From positions 5,210,001 to 5,274,000 of the forward strand of contig CM075990.1 in assembly GCA_038087875.1 (NCBI GenBank): a stretch of DNA of 64,000 nucleotides. The letters run 5' to 3'. Position 1 is the first letter of the stretch. Each line of letters opens with the position of its first letter. This document shows, piece after piece, positions 34,326 through 48,623 of this stretch. The DNA is from Malacoraja senta (taxonomy: Eukaryota). The position numbers were made by a program, and so were the translations under genes. The notes under the pieces were generated by a model. The model searched no databases. It was not told the DNA's origin and worked only from the letters and a program-made list of their open reading frames with translations.

Positions 34326-37300
34326 GGGAGACTTTAAACTAGAATGGTTGGGGGGAGGGACTCAAATAGAGAAAGCTATTAGACAGTGTGTGAGGCAGGA
34401 GGCAGAGAAGGAAAGCACTCAGACCCAACATGTAGGGGGGAAAGAAGAAAACAATAATAAACAGAGAATAAGAGGTGGTGGGGTTCTCAAATGGGTGAGC
34501 AGAGAAACAGAGGGGTGTAAAATGCGGGCGGAAGCAATAGGTAGCAAGGTGAAAAGTAAAAGTGGCAGGCAGACAAATCCAGGGCAAAAATCAAAAAGGG
34601 CCACTTTTCAACATAATTGTATAAGGGGTAAGAGCGTTGTAAAAACAAGCCTGAAGGCTTTGTGTCTCAATGCAAGTAGCATTCGTAATAAGGTGGATGA
34701 GTTGAACGTGCAGATAGCAATTAATAATTATGATATAGTTGGGATCACGGAGACATGGCTCCAGGGTGACCAAGGCTGGGAGCTGAACATCCAGGGATAT
34801 TCAATATTCAGGAGGGATAGAGAGAAAGGAAAAGGAGGTGGGGTAGCGTTGCTGGTTAGAGAGGAGATTAACGCAGTGGAAAGGAAGGACATTAGCTTGG
34901 AGGATGTGGAATCGGTATGGGTAGAGCTGCGAAACACTAAGGGGCAGAAAACGCTGGTGGGTGTTGTGTACAGGCCACCTAGCAGTAGTAGTGAAGTTGG
35001 GGATGGCATCAAACAGGAAATTAGAAATGCGTGCAACAAAGGCAAAACAGTTATAATGGGTGACTTCAATCTACATATAGATTGGGTGAATCAAATTGGC
35101 AGGGGTACTGAGGAAGAGGATTTCTTGGAATGTATGCGGGATAGTTATCTAAACCAACATGTAGAGGAACCAACGAGAGAGCAGGCTATTCTAGACTGGG
35201 TATTGAGTAATGAGGAAGGGTTAGTTAGCAGTCTTGTTGTGCGTGCCCCCTTGGGCAAGAGTGACCATAATATGGTTGAGTTCTTCATTAGGATGGAGAG
35301 TGACATTGTTAATTCAGAAACAACGGTTCTGAACTTAAAGAAAGGTAACTTTGAGGGTATGAGACGTGAATTGCCCAAGATTGACTGGCAATTAGTTCTA
35401 AAAGGGTTGACGGTGGATATGCAATGGAAGGCATTTAAAGACTGCATGGATGAACTACAAAAATTGTTCACCCCAGTTTGGCAAAAGAATAAATCAGGGA
35501 AGGTAGTGCATCCGTGGATAACAAGGGAAATCAGGGATAGTATCAAAGCAAAAGATGATGCGTACAAATTAGCCAGAAAAAGCAGCATACCAGAGGACTG
35601 GGAGAAATTCAGAGACCAGCAGAGGAGGATAAAGGGCTTAATTAGGAAAGGGAAAATAGATTATGAAAGGAAACTGGCAGGGAACATAAAAACTGACTGC
35701 AAAAGTTTTTATAGATATGTGAAGAGAAAGAGATTAGTTAAAACAAATGTAGGTCCCTTGCAGTCAGAAACAGGTGAATTGATCATGGGGAACAAGGTTA
35801 TGGCGGACCAATTGAATAACTACTTTGGTTCCGTCTTCACTAAGGAAGACATAAATAATCTGCCAGAAATAGCAGGGGGCCGCGGGTCAAAGGAGATGGA
35901 GGAACTGAGTGAAATCCAGGTTAGTCGGGAAGTGGTGTTGGGTAAATTGAATGGATTAAAGGCCGATAAATCACCAGGGCCAGATAGGCTGCATCCCAGA
36001 GTACTTAAGGAAGTAGCTCCAGAAATAGTGGATGCATTAGTGATAATTTTTCAAAACTCTTTAGATTCTGGAGTAGTTCCTGAGGATTGGAGGGTAGCAA
36101 ACGTAACCCCACTTTTTAAGAAGGGAGGGAGAGAGAAAACGGGGAATTACAGACCAGTTAGTCTAACATCGGTAGTGGGGAAACTGCTAGAGTCAGTTAT
36201 TAAAGATGGGATAGCAGCACATTTGGAAAGTGGTGAAATCATTGGACAAAGTCAGCATGGATTTACGAAAGGTAAATCATGTCTGACGAATCTTATCGAA
36301 TTTTTCGAGGATGTAACTAGTAGAGTGGATAGGGGAGAACCAGTTGATGTGTTGTATCTGGACTTTCAGAAGGCTTTCGACAAGGTACCACATAAGAGAT
36401 TAGGATACAAACTTAAATCACACGGTATTGGAGGTTCAGTATTGATGTGGATAGAGAACTGGCTGGCAAACAGGAAGCAAAGAGTAGGAGTAAACGAGTC
36501 CTTTTCACAATGGCAGGCAGTGACTAGTGGGGTACCGCAAGGCTCAGTGCTGGGACCCCAGCTATTTACGATTTATATTAATGAACTGGATGAGGGAATT
36601 GAAAGCAACATCTCCAAGTTCGCGGATGACACTAAGCTGGGGGGCAGTGTTAGCTGTGAGGAGGATGCTAGGAGACTGCAAGGTGACTTGGATAGGCTGG
36701 GTGAGTGGGCAATGTTTGGCAGATGCAGTATAATGTGGATAAATGTGAGGTTATCCACTTTGGTGGCAAAAACGGGAAGGCAGACTATTATCTAAATGGT
36801 GGCCGATTAGGAAATGGGGAGATGCAGCGAGACCTGGGTGTCATGGTACACCAGTCATTGAAAGTAGGCATGCAGGTGCAGCAGGCAGTGAAGAAAGCGA
36901 ATGGTATGTTGGCTTTCATAGCAAGAGGATTTGAGTATAGGAGCAGGGAGGTTCTACTGCAGTTGTACAGGTCTTGGTGAGACCACACCTGGAGTATTGC
37001 GTACAGTTTTGGTCTCCAAATCTGAGGAAGGACATTATAGCCATAGAGGGAGTGCAGAGAAGGTTCACCAGACTGATTCCTGGGATGTCAGGACTTTCAT
37101 ATGAAGAAAGACTGGATAGACTTGGCTTATACTCGCTAGAATTTAGGAGATTGAGAGGGGATCTTATAGAAACGTACAAAATTCTTATGGGGTTGGACAG
37201 GCTAGATGCAGGAAGATTGTTCCCGATGTTGGGGAAGTCCAGGACAAGGGGTCACAGCTTGTGGCTAAGGGGATCAGGGGGTATGGGAGAGAAGGCAGGT

Positions 37301-37410
37301 ACGGGATACTGAGTTGGATGATCAGCCATGATCATATTGAATGGCGGTGCAGGCTCGAAAAGCCGAATGGCCTACTCCTGCACCTATTTTCTATGTATCT
37401 ATGTATCTAT
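34326..37410 (+). mobile_element. CR1 LINE, ORF2-length copy with frameshifts
   Basis: ORFs 34348-36795, 36705-36980 and 36974-37312 are consecutive parts of APE-RT; internal deletion near the 3' end; CR1 tail. Confidence 0.95.
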
Positions 37411-37938
37411 GAAACGAACCACGTTTGTAGGAAAGAACTTCAGATGTTGGTTTGAACCGAAGATAAACACCAAAAAGCTGGAGTAACTCAATGGGATAAG
37501 GCAACAACTCTGGAGAGAAGGAATGGTTGAAGTTTCGGGTTGAGACCTTTCAGTCTGACAAAGGGTCTCGACCCGAAATGTCACACATTCCTTCTCTCCA
37601 GAGATGCTGCCTATGTTACTCCAGCTTTTTGTGCCTATCTTGAAACAAACACATTACCTTTCTAAAGGAAAGACACAAAGTGCTGGAGTAACTCAACAAG
37701 TCAGGCACAGCAGGAGGACATGTATAGGTGAAGTTTCGGGCCCCAACTCAAAACGTCAAGTCTGAAGAAGGGTCCCGTCACAAACGGTCACCTATCCATG
37801 TTCTCCTGGGATGCTGCCTGAGTTACTCCAGTATTTCATGTCTTTACTTGACAAACCAGCATCTGCAGTTCCTTGATTCTACATTACCATTTCATCTTTG
37901 TGTTTTTGAATTTTGGACAAATAAAGTTTTCAAATGCA

Positions 37939-38248
37939 TTTAGTTTAATTTACAGATACAGCGTGGAAACAGGCCCTTCGCCCCAGTGAGTCTGCACCGA
38001 CCAGCGATCCCCGCACTATCTTACACACACTAGGGACAATTTACATTTATACTGAGCCAATTAACCTACACACCTGTACGTCTTTGGAGTGCGCGAGGAA
38101 ACCGAAGATGTTGGAAAAACCCCATGTGGTCACGGGGAGAACGTACAAACTCCATACAGACAGCAACCATAGTCGGGATTGAACCCGCGTCTCTGGCGCT
38201 GAAAGCGCTGTAATGCAGCAACTCTACCGCTGCGCCACCGTGTCGCCC
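37939..38248 (-). mobile_element. HE1-type SINE
   Basis: Full head, core and tail on the minus strand. Confidence 0.88.
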
Positions 38249-38940
38249 AATGCTGTATTCAAAATGCATGATGTATTCTAAACTAAACTCTCTTAACCAA
38301 GGCACACTGTTTCTTCCCGCATTTGTTTAAAGAGTGAGGTTGGTTAAACTCTCGATTATTCTGGTTGGACAACCCAGACAACCCATTGGCATTTTTAGTT
38401 TAGATACACCATTGGGAGTTTAATAACGTGCTCCCATGTTTCCCTGAGAAAACTCCACCATCTTTCTCATGTTTTCTGTGTTCCACCAGTTCTGGTCTTT
38501 CAAACATTCCCATTTTTAATTGCTTCAGCTTTAGAATTCATTTCTTGATACTTTCTCCACTTTTTTTTAACCTTATTCCCACCTGTTAAGATACTTCTTA
38601 AATCATAATTACTTGTCCAAGGTCTTGATCATCTCTCCAAATGATATCGTGCTGCCCTGAGGATTGTTTGCACCCAGAAGATGTTATTCCCCCCCAAACA
38701 TATACATTATTCATCTACTTTGCAAATACTTACTACAGGACATTTCTAGTCAGCACATGGACGTTACAGTGGTGCAGCTGGTAGAGCTGCTGCCTCACAG
38801 TGCCAGAGACCCAGGTTACGATCCTGAGCTTGGGTACCATCTGTGTGAAGTTTCCACGTTCTTTCTGTGACAATGTGGGTTTCCTCCGGGTGCTTCGGTT
38901 CCCCCCTACATCCTAAAGACGTGCGGGTTTGTAGGTTAAT

Positions 38941-40962
38941 CCCCAGGCCACCCTTGACTCCCACACAGACATTGACTCCTATACATCCTCTGTTCTGGAC
39001 TTTATAAACTCCACCATCAACAGTGTCACCTCCCTCAAACGGGTGACCATATTCCCGAATCAGAAGCCATGGATGAACAGCGAGGTCAGGCTACTGCTGA
39101 AAGCACGGGACACCGCTTTCAGGTCAGGCGATGCCCGAGCCTATAGTTCATCCAGGGCTAACCTGAAGAAGGGCATAAAGAAGGCCAAGCACTGCCATAA
39201 GCTCAGGATTGAGGAGCACTTCAACAACAACTCCGACCCCCGACACATGTGGCAAGGCATCCAGGCCATCACGAACTTTAGACCCACCAACACCACCCCC
39301 ACATCCAGCAACGGCCTCCTTCCTTGAGGAGCTTAACCACTTCTATGGCCGCTTTGATAGGGACAATCGGCAGTTGGCCATCAAGGCGGTGCTCCCTGCC
39401 GATCACCAGCCCCTCTCACTCACCCCCTACGACGTGTACGTGGCACTGAGTAGGACTAATGCACGTAAGGCTGCTGGCCCTGACGGCATCCCCGGCCGCG
39501 TCCTCAGGGCCTGTGCTGCGCAGCTGACAGACGTCTGGACTGACATCTTCAACCTGTCACTTGCCCAAGCAGTTGTGCCCACGTGCCTTAAATCCACCTC
39601 CATCGTGCCGGTGCCAAAACACTCCACTGCGGCAAGCCTCAACGACTTCCGCCCAGTTGCACTTACTCCCATCATCGCCAAGTGCTTCGAGAGGCTGGTC
39701 CTGGCACACCTCAAAGGCTGCCTACCCCCACATTGGATCCCTATCAGTTTGCCTACCGCAAGAACAGGAGTACGGAGGATGCCATCTCAACGGCACTTCA
39801 CTCCGCCCTCTCCCACCTCGACAACAGAGACACTTACGTAAGAATGCTGTTCATCGATTACAGCTCAGCATTCAACACCATCATACCCTCTAAACTGATC
39901 ACCAAACTCGGTGACCTGGGCATCGACCCCTCCCTCTGCAACTGGATACTGGACATTCTAACCAACAGACCCCAGTCTGTTAGGTTAGACAAGCACACCT
40001 CTTCAACCCTCACCCTGAACACCGGCGTTCCACAGGGCTGTGTGCTGAGCCCCCTCCTCTACTCCCTCTTCACCTACGACTGCACACCTGTACATCATCA
40101 AGTATGCAGATGATACAACGGTGATTGGCCTCATCAGCAACAACGATGAGTCGGCTTATAGGGAGGAGGTCCAGCTCCTAGCAGCATGGTGTGCTGACAA
40201 CAACCTGGCCTTAACTCCAAGAAGACCAAGGAGCTCATTGTAGACTTCAGGAAGTCTAGGGGCGCACGCACACCCCCATCCACATTAATGGGACGGAGGT
40301 GGAACGTGTTTCCAGCTTCAGGTTCCTGGGGGTCAACATCTCCGATGACCTCTCTTGGACCCACAATACCTCAACTCTGGTCAAGAAGGCTCACCAGCAT
40401 CTCTTCTTCCTGAGGAGACTAAAGAAGGTCCATCTGTCTCCTCAGATTCTGGTGAACTTCTACCGCTGCACCATCGAGAGCATCCTTACCAACTGCATCA
40501 CAGTATGGTATGGCAACTGCTCTGTCTCCGACCGGAAAGCACTGCAGAAGGTGGTGAAAATTGCCCAATGCCTCACCGGTTCCTCACCCCACCATTGAGT
40601 CTGTCCAAAGCAAGCGTTGTCTGCGAAGGGCGCTCAGCATCGCCAAGGACTGCTCTCACCCCAACCACAGACTGTTTACCCTCCTACCATCCGGGAGGCG
40701 CTACAGGTCTCTCTGTTGCCGGACCAGCAGGTCCAGGAACAGCTTCTTCCTGCGGCTGTTACACTACTCAACACTGTACCTCGGTGACTGCCAATCACCC
40801 CCCCCCCCCCCCCGGACACTCCTCCCACCAGGATTTATTAGATTTATTTATTTACTGCTCATATTTATGTCGCTTTTCTAGGGAGATGCTAACTGCATTT
40901 CGTTGTCTCTGTACTGTACACTGCACAATGACAATAAAGTTGAATCTGAATCTGAATCGGAT
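38941..40962 (+). mobile_element. Rex1/Babar LINE, 5'-truncated and frameshifted, inserted in an HE1 SINE
   Basis: [49 protein letters not shown] and YADD motifs; (CTGAAT)n tail. Older fragments at ~10710-10855, 29580-29945 and 55700-56650(-). Confidence 0.92.
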
Positions 40963-43570
40963 CTAATTGGGCATTGTTAATTGTCCCTAGTATGTAGGGA
41001 GTAGATGGGATAACATAGGACTAGTGTGAATGGGTGACTGGTGGTTTGCGCGGACTTGGTGGGCCGAGGGCCAGTTTCCAAGCTGTATTCTAAACTAAAC
41101 TCCCAAAACTAAGACACACTGTTTCTTCCAGCATGGTTCTGTGGCAGTTTGCCATGGCAAAGAAGGTCCCAGCGCAGTGGCTAATCTCAGGGCAATCCAG
41201 GGACTCCACAGTGGACAACTCTGGGGAGGGTAAAGTCCTGTCCCCATCTCCACTGGCTCCATTTAAATTGCATGCCCCAGGCCTGTAAAAAATATAAATA
41301 TTTTTATAAAATTATTTAAAAATAGGAGACGGCAATATGTTAAATACACAAATATAATCAATTAAAAGCTTTAATCTAATTTAATTAAATCAAAGAAAAA
41401 TCTTCACTAGCCTTTTTTGCTGTAGCCAGGTTCTCCCATGCATTTAGGTGGACCCATTGTACTGGCATCAATTTTAAGCGCCAGTTCAACTGGTGGCTTT
41501 TTCCAGCTCGAGAGTTGAAACCTGCAGATAGCGCAGTGGATATCCAACACTTCAGCACTAACGCTGCATGAAGAAGGTTCCCCACCCGAAACGTATCCTA
41601 CCATGTTCTCCAGCGATGCTCATGTTCTCCAGAGATGCTGATCTTCTCGGGAGATCTTCTCCAGATCTTCATTGGGAGATATAAGATCAGCCATGACTGA
41701 ATGGCGGAGCGGACCTGATGGGCCAAATGGCCTTATTCTGCTCTTATCGCTTATGATCTTATGATGCTGCCTGATCTGCTGAGTTAGTCCAGCTGGTTGC
41801 GTCTAGCTGAGTGAAAGGATGTGATCTGGCATTCGACTGGGAACGTCCAGCTACGGGCATGTGTTGTAATCACCAGCAACATGAAACATGCTTTATTTTA
41901 CTTCCCGCAATGGGAGGGTTCCTCAATCAAGGGCTGAGTTCCCAACTCAATGTTCATTGTAATACGCGGAAAGTTCGCAAGTAAGCAAGTTTATTAACAT
42001 TCAGAGTCCAATAGACAATAGACAATAGGTGCAGGAGTAGGCCATTCGGCCCTTCGAGATCTTGTGATCTTGGCTGATCATCCCCAATCAGTACCCTGTT
42101 CCTGCCTTCTCCCCATATCCTCTGACTCCACTATCATTAAGAGCCCCATCTAGCTCTCTCTTGAAAATTATCCAGAGAACCGGCCTCCACCGCCCTTTGA
42201 GTCAAGGCATGTCCAGCAACAGATCTTTAATAGAAAATGGAGGTGGATGCTATGATAACTTTTTACAATCATACAGCACCTTTAATATGACAAAATATTT
42301 TGAAAAGTCACTTCAGAGGAGCATTTCCAGGCAACATTTGACACTGAACTACATAAGGAGCAAATCTACTGTTGGGAGGTGCATGGAACCAAGGCCAATG
42401 GATGGAGCTATGCTGCCAGGTATGTTCCCAGTATTACACTGGAGTGTGCCTGAAAGACTAAATAGATTACTTCTGTTCTTGAGGATGTATGGCCCATGTG
42501 TTCATAAGTTCATAAGTTATAGGAGCAGAATTAGGCCATTCGGCCCTTTAAGTCTATTCCGCCATTTAATCATGGCTGATCTATCTATCGTTCCCTCTCC
42601 ACCCCATTGCCCTGCCTTCTTCCCATAACACCTGACACATGTCAAGAATCTATCAACCTTTGCCTTAAAAATATCCAGTGACTAGGTCTCCACGGCCTTC
42701 TGTGGAAATGAATTCCACAAATTTACCACCCCACTGTCACGGAAAGACCTACAGTTGCTATGTTTTGCTACATTAGGTCGACTCCTGATTTAATCAAATT
42801 CCCTCTCCCCTGATTCTCAGTCTGAAGAAGGGTCTCGAACTGAAATGCCACCTATTCCCTTTCTCCAGAGATGCTGCCTGACCCGCTGAGTTACTCCAGC
42901 TTTTTTGTGTCTGTCCCTGATTTAGTCAATGTCTCTTTGCTTGATTCTGAGTTGATTCTGACAGGCCTTCTGACTTTGTAATCTTTTCACAGAAAGTTGA
43001 GCAGGCTCGGAACAATTTTCTTATCGAGGCATGTCAGCTAGTATTGATGCCAGCTTTTGCAGTAATTGTTGCACTTTGGACATGAACCAAAATCCTAAGC
43101 TAAACAACTGAGCAGCTCCAATCAGTGTGATCTCACTGATCGCATTCTTTATGATGTTTTTATTTTATAGCACAATATGGATCCAAAGAATGGGAAATTA
43201 TGTGCACGAGAATAATGGAACATTGGCTAAAATAAATTGTCCTCAGCAGTTTTGCTGATAGGCATATGCTGAGTCCGACATTTAAATGCATACTCACCTG
43301 ATGTGACACTGGTTTGGAGTAATACTCTGACACAGCTATCATGCAATCTCAGTAAATTACAGCACCTGTTCACTCTAATCAGATATATTCAATGCTGTAA
43401 ATGCATTGCACCTGGGAATCAGCACACAGATCTTCCATGGGATTATTTAGTCACATTTACTGTTCTCTGATAATAATAAGACTGGCATTATATTTCATGT
43501 AATAAGGTGTGGCACAGCTGGGGCTCACAGGCCAGAGACCCGGGTTCGATCCTGACCTCTGTGTGGAGTT

Positions 43571-44227
43571 CAAAGGTTCAAAGGTTCTTTATTTGTCACA
43601 TACACCAATTGGTGAAGTGAAATGCGGATTGCCAAGGCAGCACATTAAAAAGAATACAACATAACAATAATAAAGAAATTTAAACATAAAAACATCCCCC
43701 CACAATGGTTCCCATTATGAGGGAAGGTGCAAAGTCCAGTCCCCATCCCCATGTCCACCCATAGTCGGGCCTATTTAGGCCTCCGCAGTCGCCTCTACGG
43801 AGGCCCGATGTTCCAGGCCCTTCTCGCTGGATGATGGTGCTCCGGTGTCAGGTGAATCCTCACAGCGGCTTGGGAAACCTGGAACGGCCGCTTCCTTACC
43901 AGAGACCGCAGCTCCCGAAGCTGACAGGCCGCGCTGGATGGAGCTCCACCACTGGCGATCTCGGCGAGAGATCCCAGGCTCCCGATGTAAAGTTCAGCGC
44001 CGCCGCCCGCAGCTAGCCGCTCCACAGACCCGCAGCTCCGCGATGTTTTCATCGGTGGTTCCAGCGCGGTGACCCGGGCAAGGCATCGCCCGCTCCGCGA
44101 TAGCGCTCCAGCGCTGTGCCGTCGCCGAAGCCGAGGTTCCGGCCGGTCCCCTCAAGAAACGCCGCTCCAGGCCCCACTGGTAGGCCGCGAGGACGGGTCG
44201 AAGGTGCTGCTCGGAGGAAAGCTCGGA
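43571..44227 (-). mobile_element. GC-rich non-coding retroelement fragment with Rex1-like tail, inserted in an HE1 SINE
   Basis: Minus 3' end TGACAAATAAA-(GAACCTTT)n; splits the SINE at GGAGTT|TGCACG. Confidence 0.55.
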
Positions 44228-45139
44228 GGAGAATTTGCACGTTCTCCCTGTGACTATGAAGGTTTCCTCTGAGTGCACCAGTTTCCGCCCCCGTCCCAAA
44301 GACATGCGGGTTTGTAGTTTAATTGGCCTCTTGTAAATCGCCCAGAGTGTGGAGGCAATTGATGCAAAAGTGGGAAAACAGAATGAGTGAGAGCAGGTGA
44401 TTAATGGCCGGTGTGGACTTGGGCCGCAGAGCCTGTTTCCATGCTGAATCTATCAATCAATTCTATCAATATCTATTGTAGCGTTACTCAGAATGTCTGG
44501 AATTATATTTTTGATAATTATAGAATTGCGAATTATTAAACTTTTTCAAGGCCTTTCACTTAGTGGGGTAGTAGTTACCTGAAGTATGTCAGGAAAGAAG
44601 GCAACCTATGCCTCTGTGTGGAACCCTGGAAGAGTTTGGATAGGAAAAGTTTAGAGGGATATGGGCCAAACGAGGTCAGGTGTGACTAGTGCAGATGGGG
44701 CATCTTTCTCCGAATGTGCTAGTGGGGCTGAGCGGCCTGTTTACATGCTGTATGACTCTATGGCTCTTTGAGTCATTTAAAAGAAGTAAGAAACCATTGC
44801 AAAACACAGTAATGTGTAGCAGCTTCAATGTGTAGCAGCTCAGATGCTGATTGAACGCTGACAATCCATAGAGCACCAGTTGGACGTTCAGCTTGCCCTC
44901 CGGCCAGGAAGCTGGCCTTGTTCACCAGCTGTAGAAACAAGGAACTGCAGATGCTGGTTTACAGAAAAGGGCACAAGGTGCTAGAGTAACTCAGCAGGCC
45001 AAGCAGCATCTCTGGAGAATATGGATTGGTGATATTTGAGGTTGGGACTCTTCTTCAATCCATGAAGCCAGTGATACTGAAGCCATCCCATCTCATTGCC
45101 ATTGATTGGAATGACAATTCGGCACCTTCAGTAATATCT

Positions 45140-45680
45140 GAAAATCCAATGATATTTCAAACAGATTCTTGTTGATATATGAGAGGGGGGGAGAGTGGAG
45201 GGAGAGGGGGGAGAAGGGGGGAGAAGGAGTGGAGACAACTTTTAGGAAGCCAGAGATACACGGCTGTGAAGCTTGGCGGACATTTAACATTACCGGTCGG
45301 TTATCCTCGGTTCTGAAAACGACTGCTTACGTTTTTGTTTCCCAATGAGCCAATGAAATTCACCGGTCAGCACCGGCTACAACCTTCGAGAACCTTCGAC
45401 CTCCTGGCAACCCACTAGGACCTCCTGGCGACCCACCTGCGGCACGAGAAATCTCGCTACTCTTCATGGCGGCTTCATTCTAGTCGCTGCTAATTTTTCA
45501 ACATGTCGAAACATTTGCGCCGACCATAACCAGGCCGTGACTAGTTCACAGAATGCGGGAACTCCTCACAACCGCGAAGGCGACTCCCCGGCAACCACCC
45601 GCGAACCATGTGGCGACTGCATAGTCTCCTGCAGTCACCTAAAACGTCGCCTAGGTGGGACTTGGTCTAAGTGGGACCTA
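45140..45680. mobile_element. Truncated Harbinger-like MITE
   Basis: Right end GTCGCCTAGGTGGGAC resembles the TIRs at 57330 and 62638; left TIR missing. Confidence 0.45.
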
Positions 45681-47059
45681 CGTCTCAATAAAGTGCACTT
45701 GAAATGACTGGAGCCAGCACAGTTGTTCTAGACTCTAGAAACATATGGAGAAGGTTAGAGCTAGCATGCTTAACCATACAGTGAATAATGGGTACCCGGA
45801 CGTGGCGCCGACGGACGAGAGGCCGAAGCAAAGAAGTGGAAGCCAAATAACCAAATGGAAACGAAGCCGAAACGCCAAATAACCGAAAGGGCGGAACGCC
45901 TAAAAGCCAACTAACCGAAAGGCTGCATCGCCTAAAACCAAACTCACCGAATGGCCGCTCTGTCAAAACGCCACCTACCCGTGCTGGATACAACTTATGA
46001 GGCTTTGCACTGCCAACATTTCCAGATAGCTGTTGAAGTTGCTTGTCCCAGTGTAGATTAGTCTTCAATATTTAGGGATGCATCTCCAGTGAGGTCAGTA
46101 TCTATATTTATCTATATTAAATTGCTCTTGAACTATCTTCTTGATCACACGTAATTATGGATGGGGATGGAACATAATAATCAATCTTCCTTAATGGAGG
46201 TAATTATACATTTTAAGTTATTCTTACCAAATAATATATGGCCATTTTTCCAGCCTGTTATGAGTGCCCACTCCCATTTACGCATTGGCATATCAGGCTG
46301 CAGCAGAAATTGTAAACTACATGATGCTTCATTATATAATTATCTAAGCAGCTCTTTAGATATTTATATATATAATGCTGGCTCATTTTGTTAGTTCTTG
46401 GGATGTGGTCGGCACTTCCAGGGCAGCATTACTTGCGCCTAGATGGTAGTGATCATCTTTTTCTTTGAGACGATTCAGTGAGTTTGAGTTTCACAGAATA
46501 TTGTGATACGGGAATCCGAAGTTTTGTCCCAGTTGTGTCTAAGAAACGGCCCAAATCAGGATATGCTGTGACTTGGTGATAAGGTTTTTTGATTCATTGT
46601 TGCTTGTATCAGATAGTGAGCAAGCTATGATTTTATTCTTTGGAGCGCAGGAGGATGGGGGGGGGGGGGGGGGGGGGTGATCTTATAGAGGTGTATAAGA
46701 TCATGAGGGGAATACAATGGATAAATGTACAGAGCCTTTTACCTTAGTAGGTACCAGGGTAGGGAAATGAAGAACCAGAGGTGAGAGAGGGAACAATTTA
46801 ATAGGAACATGAGGGACAACTTTTCACACAGAAAGTGGAGGGTTTATGGAACGAGCTGCCAGAGGACGTACAGTAGTTGCTGCAGGTACAATGACAACAT
46901 TTAAAAGACATATGGACAGTCACATGGACAGGACAGGTTTGGAGGGATATGGGACAAACACAGGCTGGTGTAGATGGACCATCTTGATCGGCATGAGCAA
47001 GTTGGGCTGAAGGGCCTGTTTCTGTGCTATGTAACACTGTGAATATCAACATGCTGGTA

Positions 47060-47876
47060 AGTTGAGTTGAGTTGAGTTTGAGTTTCCTTTATTGTCATTC
47101 AAACTTATTAGTTTGAACAAAATTGCGTACCTTGCAGCCATGACAGAAAATAAAGTAACAGAACACACAATGAACACGGTTTAACATCCATCACAGTGAC
47201 TCCAGGCACCTCCTCATTGTGATGGAAGGCAAAAAGTCTTAAAGTCCTTATCTCTTCCTTCCTTGTTCTCCCTCTGCGTTGAGGCGATCCAGGCTTTCGA
47301 TATTGGGCCCCCCGTCGGGTGATGGCAAGTCCCGCAGCCGAATCCAAGCTCTGCGAACGGGCCGATTCAAACTCCGCGGCCCAGGGCGGACGAAGCTGCC
47401 ACCCTCCAGTCAAGCGGACGAAGCTGTTGTTGCGGGAGCTCCGGAGAATCGGTCACCAACCTGGGACCTGCGAGCTCCCGATGTTGTCGTTCCACTGGGT
47501 CTGCGGCCGAAGCCTCCGAGGCTCCGAAGTCGGGCCGCAGCCGCAGCGCCACCACAGCCCCGAAGTCGGCCAGCTTCGCGATGGTGAGTCCACAGGCTCT
47601 GCCTCCGGAGCCTCGGGGTCAGTCCCAATTGGAGGCCGCCAGCTCCACAATTAGGCCTCGGAGCAGACGGAGACGGAGACGGGGATACGACAAAGAAAAG
47701 GTCGCATCCCCTTGAAGGAAGAGACTAAAACAAGTTTCACTCACCCCCCACACATACACAACTAAAAATAAACTAAAACATACATCTAACAAGACAAAAA
47801 AAAACAAAAATAAAGGAAAAGACAGACAGACTGCAGGCGAGCCACAGCTGCTTGGGCAGCGCCACCACTTCCGGAC
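47060..47876 (-). mobile_element. GC-rich SINE-like element with Rex1-like 3' end
   Basis: Minus 3' end AATGACAATAAAG-(AACTC)n matches the Rex1 end at ~40927; no RT coding. Confidence 0.55.
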
Positions 47877-48477
47877 AAGAACAGACATTTTGCATTTTTT
47901 TAACCAAGATGTTACAAAGGAGAGTTTCAATTGCCCCAAAACAGCAGATGTGGTACAGAACTGGGTGAGAAGCCAAACGCAGAGGACAGTGATGTACAGT
48001 TAGTGTTTCAGATTTCGAGAAGTATACAGTGAGGTCTCCGATAGTTCTTAGGAGGACCACTGCTCTCTTTGAAACATAGCAATGATCTGCATCTGGGTTT
48101 TCATTTTGATGACACAAGGAAATACTAATGTGTTGTATGCATTGTGCTTGGTGGTAGCCTTCAGGAGGAGAGAAATGGGCAAGTGCTGCTGTAATTGAAC
48201 ACAAAGTGATGACGTTGGTCGGAAGCACGTAGAAAGCCAATCTAAACTAAACTGTACAAGTTTGGGGAAGATGGGGAAACAATGAGGTATTTTAAAAGGT
48301 TTGATAAGATGAGAACTTTTTTGAGTTGTAAGGATTCAGGTCGCTTGAAAGGGTGTTGGAAGCAGGTACAATAACAAGATTGAAAGTAGAAGTAAATGCA
48401 CACAGAAGGAGGATTACATTTGTAAGACCACCGGGAAATGGTGGGGAATGGAATTACTGGAATACTTCTTTCAAAGA

Positions 48478-48623
48478 CTTCTCCGTAGATTGTCACCTTG
48501 TCGTGGTGGAGAAGCTTGTGTGGACCTGAGATCCTGAGAGCGATGCCGTCTGGAGCTATGCTCCTGGCAGGGCCACCCATGGCGGTAAGGTCGAGGGGGA
48601 GGTCTCTGACAAAGAGCAATCCA
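48478..48623 (+). ncRNA. Predicted HDV-like ribozyme with extended P4
   Basis: P1 CUUCUCC/GGAGAAG, P2 UAGAUUGU/GCAAUCCA (one mismatch), P3 ACC/GGU, L3 UUGUCGU, P4 GACCU/AGGUC, J4/2 CAAA (candidate catalytic C at 48610). Confidence 0.7.

Noticed and set aside
38273..38318. Similarity to 41084-41128 (SINE tail plus flank)
   Set aside because: Short and partly low-complexity; too little to call a duplication.
43795..47654. Overlapping Arg/Ala/Pro-rich ORFs as host exons or a CpG-island gene
   Set aside because: They fall inside GC-rich repeat insertions, occur on both strands and show no recognisable domain.
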